Shown piece by piece: positions 59,048 through 64,000 of a stretch of 64,000 nt of DNA; within the stretch, counting starts at the first letter, position 1; each line of letters starts with the position of its first letter. Source of the DNA: Candidatus Bathyarchaeota archaeon. Lineage in GTDB: Archaea > Thermoproteota > Bathyarchaeia > 40CM-2-53-6. The stretch spans positions 35,475 to 99,474 of the forward strand of contig VBAX01000048.1 of the NCBI GenBank assembly GCA_005883075.1. Direction: 5' to 3'. The position numbers and the translations under genes are program-made. The notes beneath the pieces are model-generated. The model was not told where the DNA came from, searched no databases, and saw nothing but the letters and a program-made list of their open reading frames with translations.

Positions 59048-59758
59048 CTATCTCACCCTGTGAAGTGCTGCCATCTCTATTCCTGCAGGACCTACGCGGT
59101 ACGCGTAGACCTTCATGTCGCCCAGTGCACCAGGCATCTTCAATACTCGCATCTTCCTCGCATAATCCTCACTCCCGAACGGTTCGGTTGACAAGTCGAC
59201 AACGCCATCACTTAGGTGCTGAACGGTATTCTCGATGTGCTCGGTGTGAATTCCCTTCGAGGCTAGCAACAACGCTAATCCTCCCGTGGATCTGACGTGA
59301 TTCTGCAAGATCTTCAGAGTTTGCTCGACCGCTGGAAACGGTGCTGAACGGATAATATCGCTCAGACTGTCAATCACGATGGTTGTTGTCCCCAGAGGTG
59401 TGATAACCCGGGGAAACTCTTTGGCTAGCAGGTTGGCGGGGCCGATATCCCACGAGACCTCGCCGGATATCTTTTCCTTCTTCATGCTGAAGCTGTCAAT
59501 GAACCACATCTTCCTCTTCTCAAAATAACTATCAAGGCTCCAGCCGAACACGGCCATCTCGGCGACAACATCTTCCCACGACCGGCCTGTTGTGAAGTAG
59601 ACAGCCGGCCTGCCTTCCCTCAAACCTTGGTAGAGGATCTGTTCGGCGCAGGCGGTCATTCCGGTATCCGCTTCGCCGAGAAACGTGATTATGCTGCCTG
59701 AGGGTAGGCCGCCGAGCGACTCGTCGAAAGCTCCGATTCCACTCCTGATATTTGCCAT
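59048..59758 (-). CDS. KaiC/RAD55-like pseudo-ATPase
   Basis: SGI..FD..LGGLP; Walker A GEADTGMT (no Lys); IVIDSL; DGVV; KMPG (no Arg finger). Confidence 0.8.
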   Translation of the reverse strand: MANIRSGIGAFDESLGGLPSGSIITFLGEADTGMTACAEQILYQGLREGRPAVYFTTGRSWEDVVAEMAVFGWSLDSYFEKRKMWFIDSFSMKKEKISGEVSWDIGPANLLAKEFPRVITPLGTTTIVIDSLSDIIRSAPFPAVEQTLKILQNHVRSTGGLALLLASKGIHTEHIENTVQHLSDGVVDLSTEPFGSEDYARKMRVLKMPGALGDMKVYAYRVGPAGIEMAALHRVR

Positions 59759-59777
59759 TTTTTCTATCTCTATCCTT

Positions 59778-59999
59778 CTAGTGTCCCTGATGGCCCTGCC
59801 TGTTCGGGTACTGGTCGCGGTACCCTTCTTGGTATTCTGCTTGGTCGGAGGCTGGTTGTTCCACTTGAACCCCTTGTTCCACTACCCCTGCCCCTTGGGA
59901 TACTGGGATGTTACCTCTCACGACTTCTTCGATGTCCGCGCTACCGCCGGCTTCGGCGCTTTCTCCCGCTACTGCTGTGGAGGCGCCTGCGGCTAACAC
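59778..59999 (-). CDS. Acidic low-complexity peptide, or frameshifted C-terminal tail of the upstream KaiC-like ATPase
   Basis: Fills the gap to within 19 nt of the next ATG; GGAG lies upstream of GTG 59999. Confidence 0.45.
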   Translation of the reverse strand: MLAAGASTAVAGESAEAGGSADIEEVVRGNIPVSQGAGVVEQGVQVEQPASDQAEYQEGYRDQYPNRQGHQGH

Positions 60000-60738
60000 T
60001 TCGAACTCCGACTGGGCCTTTGATGATGATGCCGTCGGGTCCGATGGCGAAGGCGTAGTCGTTTAGGCTGTGGCTTGTTCCACGCATCTTCCGGACGAAC
60101 AGCTTCCGTATCGGCGAGCTCTGGCGGACGAGTGATAAGACCATGACTCCAGTTGCTAGGAATTCTTCGATACCGAATCGGCTGATGAGTCCTGAGCCTT
60201 CAACGATTTCCGTGGTCATCAGTGTGGTGCATCCGACGTCTTTCAATAGAAGTCCGACCTCGAGGAATATCTCTCGTAGAGTGTTCAAGTCGGTTACGCG
60301 GAAGCCGAATCCTGGCAGTGAGTCAACGACGAGTCTTGTTGCTCCTAGTTGTTCGACGAGTATTTTGACTTCTGATAGTTTTGATCGTAGGTTGTAGAGG
60401 ATTGACTGGAGGCTTTCTTGTTCGGTGATTTCTGATTCGACGCGTTGGTAGACGGCGTCGACCATGCCGATTTTTTTCTCGTTTTCTAGTTTCTTGAAGT
60501 CCCATCCGAATCGTAGCATGTTCGCCTTGAATTCGGAGGGTGGTTCTTCGGTGCTGACGTAGACTCCGGGTTCGCCGAACTTTGTGGCTCCTTTGTAGAG
60601 GTATTGTCCGCAGCATATTGTCTTCCCGCAGCCTGCTCCTCCTGCTAGGAGGACTCGGGCGCCTTTGGGGAAGCCGCCTTCGAGAACGTGGTCCAGGCCT
60701 GGGATCCCAGTATGGACCCTTTCGATCGCAGTTTCCAT
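59941..60738 (-). CDS. KaiC/RAD55-like ATPase, single domain, motifs intact
   Basis: TGIPGLD..L.GG.P, GGAGCGKT, STEE, LVVDS, TTE, RKMRG. Confidence 0.9.
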   Translation of the reverse strand: METAIERVHTGIPGLDHVLEGGFPKGARVLLAGGAGCGKTICCGQYLYKGATKFGEPGVYVSTEEPPSEFKANMLRFGWDFKKLENEKKIGMVDAVYQRVESEITEQESLQSILYNLRSKLSEVKILVEQLGATRLVVDSLPGFGFRVTDLNTLREIFLEVGLLLKDVGCTTLMTTEIVEGSGLISRFGIEEFLATGVMVLSLVRQSSPIRKLFVRKMRGTSHSLNDYAFAIGPDGIIIKGPVGVRSVSRRRLHSSSGRKRRSRR

Positions 60739-60926
60739 AATGGACCATGGCTAGGGCGGCTAGAAGCTACCATAAGGCTACAGTAACCCTGTGGCCAATC
60801 CACAGGTTACACCACCAATCATCGCCGATCAGACCCTTCCAAGAAGGCAGGCGCTTAACGGACAACCTTCGCTGTCTATTTTCTTCGATCGTTCGCTACT
60901 TGGCGAGATAATGGGGCCGGGGCTGA

Positions 60927-60992
60927 TTTCACGAAGGGAGAACCTCCGGGCTGTGACCGGTGAACGTGGATTCCCAGCGTTTTCACGAAGGG
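60927..60992. repeat. 12-bp direct repeat TTTCACGAAGGG (x2)
   Basis: Exact copies at 60927-60938 and 60981-60992 in the divergent intergenic region. Confidence 0.55.
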
Positions 60993-61376
60993 CGCGGCGC
61001 GGGAAAAACGGCCACCCCGGGGGGTCGAGAAAAGAATGCTTTTTTTCGAAAGAGACCACGGCGCTTGGAAGTCCATACGGGGCTTCAAAAAATGTACACT
61101 ATTCCTCCTAGGGTAGCGTTGGCCCAGCCCGTTTTCGGAGATTGGATACCTAGGTAGAATCATGCGGCGGTAGAGGCGAGTCAGCAACCTTTCGAAACTA
61201 GAGTCACCAAGCCCACCACGTGTAAGCCAGCTTTGAATTGCGACAATATGAAACCAGGTGATGCTGATTATTTCTTGGATCCCCCATCGCCGAGAAAACG
61301 AGCATTCTCCCTCTTGCTTCCCCAAAGGGTTTTTAGCATGAGGACTGGGGCTCCTCGAAGCTTCCGGTGAAAAAGG

Positions 61377-61844
61377 ATGCCAGAACGAGGATACTCAGTT
61401 ACGGGCTTGGACCCAGACCGTACTGTAAAGTGTTCTGGCCGCGAACTCCGCATATCACCGAAAGCATCCGTGGAGCTGTGTCGCACAATCAGGGGGATGA
61501 AGCTCACTGACGCGAAGAGGCTTCTCGAACGCGTTATCGAACTCAAACAGGCGGTCGCCTATCGCCGGTTTCACAAGGAAGTCCCGCATCGGCGACAGCT
61601 CAACGAGCATTTCTATGCGGGCCGTTTTCCACAGAAAGCCGCTGGCAGACTCTTCAAGCTTCTAGAGGAGTTGGAAGCAAACGCCGAGTATAGGAATCTC
61701 GACACGGAAAGGCTCAAGATAATTCATGCGGCCGCGCAGCGCGGGACTAAGATTCCGAAGAGGAATCCGAGAGCTTTCGGTCGATCTGATCTTTTGCAGG
61801 GAACTATGACGCATATCGAACTTGTCGGCTACGAGCTGGAATAA
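61377..61844 (+). CDS. rpl22: 50S ribosomal protein L22 (uL22)
   Basis: ISPK...E.CR.IRGM, GRFPQKA, PRAFGR, THIE. Confidence 0.95.
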   Translation: MPERGYSVTGLDPDRTVKCSGRELRISPKASVELCRTIRGMKLTDAKRLLERVIELKQAVAYRRFHKEVPHRRQLNEHFYAGRFPQKAAGRLFKLLEELEANAEYRNLDTERLKIIHAAAQRGTKIPKRNPRAFGRSDLLQGTMTHIELVGYELE

Positions 61845-61848
61845 TTCT

Positions 61849-62592
61849 TTGTCAGTTACCAAGTATTTTGTCAAAGACGTTTCTCGACGCCTCGAAATTG
61901 ACGAGCACCTCGCACTCGAGCTGAAACGTGCAGGATACAGTCATGTCGAGCTCACAAAGAGTCCTGTGGGCACGCGAGTCGTCATCTACGCCGCGAAGCC
62001 AGGAATGGTTATTGGCCGAAGAGGCCAGAGCATTAGAGATCTAACGAAAGTTTTGGAGGAGAAATTCCATATTGAAAATCCCCAGCTTTCCGTTGCGAAT
62101 ATCGAGGTCCCTGAGCAGGATCCCAAGGTCGTCGCGTCCCAGGTTTCTCAGGCCCTCCAGCGAGGCGTCCACTTCCGCCGAGCCGCGTACTGGGCTATTC
62201 AGAGGGTAATGGAGTCCCAAGCCCTCGGCGTCGAGATCACGATTAGAGGAAAACTTACAACCGAAAGATCACGATTCGAGAAGTTCAAGGCGGGCTACCT
62301 CCCTCGGGTTGGAGATCCAGTGTTAAAGAGTGTGAAGACAGCGGTCGCCGATGTTCAGCTGAAGCAGGGCCTGTTCGGGATCAACGTTCGCATTCTACCA
62401 CCGCAGATCGATTACATTGACAAGCCGATCATGCTAACCCCGCCCGCAGAGACCGCCCGCCAACCGGCGGCACCAGCGAAGGAAGTTGAACCAGTGGCCA
62501 TGCCCGAGGCCGTGGTCGAGGTAGAGACCACAGCTGGGGATGTTGCGGTTGTCGTGGAGGATAAGGAGGAAGTGGAAACTGGCGATTCTTAG
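61849..62592 (+). CDS. rps3: 30S ribosomal protein S3 (uS3)
   Basis: RAGYS, PGMVIGRRG, HFRRA, GKL; start TTG 61849. Confidence 0.95.
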   Translation: MSVTKYFVKDVSRRLEIDEHLALELKRAGYSHVELTKSPVGTRVVIYAAKPGMVIGRRGQSIRDLTKVLEEKFHIENPQLSVANIEVPEQDPKVVASQVSQALQRGVHFRRAAYWAIQRVMESQALGVEITIRGKLTTERSRFEKFKAGYLPRVGDPVLKSVKTAVADVQLKQGLFGINVRILPPQIDYIDKPIMLTPPAETARQPAAPAKEVEPVAMPEAVVEVETTAGDVAVVVEDKEEVETGDS

Positions 62593-62797
62593 AAAGCGCG
62601 AGCTCAACCAGATGCTTCCTGAGGAGCGACGGAAGAAGGTAACAGAACTGCGAGCGGAACTAACTAGCATCCGAACATCCGTAAAGTCTGGCGGAACAGT
62701 GGAGAATCCGGCGCGTATACGGGAGCTCCGCAAGACAATTGCCCGCTTGTTGACAGCAGACAACTCACCTACGAAAACAACACCGGAGTCGGCTTAG
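62579..62797 (+). CDS. rpl29: 50S ribosomal protein L29 (uL29); inferred CTG start
   Basis: (M)AILRKREL...ELR.EL...ENP.RIRELRKTIAR.LT; GGAGG 9 nt upstream of the CTG. Confidence 0.9.
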   Translation: MAILRKRELNQMLPEERRKKVTELRAELTSIRTSVKSGGTVENPARIRELRKTIARLLTADNSPTKTTPESA

Positions 62798-62801
62798 GCC
62801 C

Positions 62802-63077
62802 ATGATCACCGCGCAGAATATTACAGCTCACGAATGGATCGGACTCAAGGTCAAGGTATCAAAATCCACAGACCCTACTCTCCAAGGACTGGAGGGTATC
62901 GTCCGAGACGAGACCATGAACACGTTCACGATAGAAGTTAACGGAAAACTCCGACAGGTCCAGAAACAAAAGACAACTTTCCGAGCAGAGCTGTCGACCG
63001 AAAATGTCGAAGTCAATGGCTCTCTCCTGCGATTCCGGCCTGAGGATAGAGTGAAGAAGGGGTTGCGTAAATGGTAG
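62802..63077 (+). CDS. rnp1: Ribonuclease P protein subunit Rpp29/Pop4
   Basis: HEWIGL.V.V, G.V.DET.NT, RPEDR; conserved operon position. Confidence 0.9.
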   Translation: MITAQNITAHEWIGLKVKVSKSTDPTLQGLEGIVRDETMNTFTIEVNGKLRQVQKQKTTFRAELSTENVEVNGSLLRFRPEDRVKKGLRKW

Positions 63078-63406
63078 TCCGAAACACCGGTCTAGACGTA
63101 AAACCGCCGAAGACAGGATGTAACGATCCCCTTTGCCCATTTCACGGACACCTCTCGGTCAGAGGAAGAGTCTTTGAGGGAACTGTAGCTGGCTCGCGAT
63201 CCCCCAAGACCGTCTCAGTAGAACGCGCATACCTACACTACTACACGAAATACAGCAGGTACGAGAGGCGGAGAAGCAAGACTCTCGCCCACAACCCACC
63301 CTGCATCTCGGCGGCAGAAGGCGACAAGGTTACAATTGCAGAATGTAGGCCTCTAAGCAAAGAGGTCACCTTCGTCGTCGTTGAGAAGACAGGAGGCGCA
63401 ACCTAG
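63071..63406 (+). CDS. rps17: 30S ribosomal protein S17 (uS17)
   Basis: C.D..CPFHG.LSVRG, KY.RYERR, ECRPLSK. Confidence 0.95.
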   Translation: MVVRNTGLDVKPPKTGCNDPLCPFHGHLSVRGRVFEGTVAGSRSPKTVSVERAYLHYYTKYSRYERRRSKTLAHNPPCISAAEGDKVTIAECRPLSKEVTFVVVEKTGGAT

Positions 63407-63843
63407 TGCCCGCGCCAAAGACCCGAGCGGTCAGCGCCCGGGGAATGATAGAATACCGACCAAAGGTCGCACGTGGTCTGCCCGTCGGCTCTCGGATGAC
63501 ATGCGCCGACAACACTGGCGCTAAAGAATTGAAGCTCATCAACGTCCGCGGCTACCACGGCCGACTACGACGTGTCCCGGCGGCGTGCGTTGGAGACATG
63601 GTGATGATAACAGTCATGAAAGGCTCACCCAGCCTTCGGAAACAAGTCTTTCCCGCCGTTGTCGTACGACAGGCTAGAGCCATTCGAAGACCTGATGGAA
63701 CACGTCTCAGTTTCGAAGACAACGCCGCGGTCATAATGACCCCTGAGGGAGAGCTCAAAGGCACGGAGATCCGGGGACCTGTAGCGAAGGAGGCTGCTGA
63801 GCGATGGCCCCGAGTCGCGAACCTAGCGAGCACGGTGATCTAG
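63406..63843 (+). CDS. rpl14: 50S ribosomal protein L14 (uL14)
   Basis: [27 protein letters not shown]. Confidence 0.95.
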   Translation: MPAPKTRAVSARGMIEYRPKVARGLPVGSRMTCADNTGAKELKLINVRGYHGRLRRVPAACVGDMVMITVMKGSPSLRKQVFPAVVVRQARAIRRPDGTRLSFEDNAAVIMTPEGELKGTEIRGPVAKEAAERWPRVANLASTVI

Positions 63844-63844
63844 A

Positions 63845-64000
63845 ATGGTTTCCTCTAAGCCGTCCAAGCAACGGAAGATGTTCTTCAACGCTCCACAGCA
63901 CCGCCGACGACGAATGCTCGCCGCCAGGCTCTCCGACGATCTCACCAAGAACCACAAGGTCCGACGGCTTCCGGTGCGAACCGGTGACAGCGTGCGTGTA
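63845..64000 (+). CDS. rpl24: 50S ribosomal protein L24 (uL24), truncated by the window end
   Basis: MVSSKPSKQRKMFFNAPQHRRR...LS.DL......LPVRTGDSVRV. Confidence 0.92.
   Translation, partial: MVSSKPSKQRKMFFNAPQHRRRRMLAARLSDDLTKNHKVRRLPVRTGDSVRV

Noticed and set aside
59048..60738. Circadian clock (kaiABC) or archaellum FlaH locus
   Set aside because: Single-domain proteins, no KaiA/KaiB, no S/T at the KaiC phosphosite position (EEFLA), and no archaellum or pilin genes nearby
1..64000. CRISPR arrays, IS elements, proviruses, inteins (MCM, RFC), rRNA
   Set aside because: No spaced repeats, transposase/integrase motifs, intein insertions or rRNA signatures seen

Overview
Core-chromosome segment of a TACK-superphylum archaeon. 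The large-type topoisomerase IB, the GINS23-MCM-Hel308 cluster, RFC-S/L, Cdc6, eIF5A/DHS/SRP54, Nob1 and archaeal ribosomal proteins suggest Bathyarchaeia; this placement is inference, not a search result. The window is mostly housekeeping and metabolic genes, plus a small AT-richer glycosylation island (52.5-56.2 kb) and one GC-rich, probably imported oxidoreductase (22.9-24.0 kb). I saw no CRISPR array, rRNA, transposase or integrase. Highlights: (1) a tRNA-Pro(GGG) split by three BHB-type introns, all at non-canonical positions, which splices on paper to a complete 79-nt cloverleaf; (2) several conserved genes (Hef, GINS23, DHS, a VOC protein, probably L29) whose conserved N-termini lie upstream of the first usable ATG/GTG/TTG, implying CTG/ATT-type initiation, three of them in an identical AAA-CTG context; (3) a compact KaiC-like operon (active ATPase, acidic tail or peptide, pseudo-ATPase, membrane-anchored wHTH), plus a third degenerate KaiC-like gene elsewhere; (4) a 59-aa AN1-type zinc finger missing from the ORF track, downstream of cdc6-wHTH; (5) a multi-hairpin intergenic ncRNA candidate near 13.8 kb. 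All protein calls come from motif recognition by eye; no database search or folding program was run.
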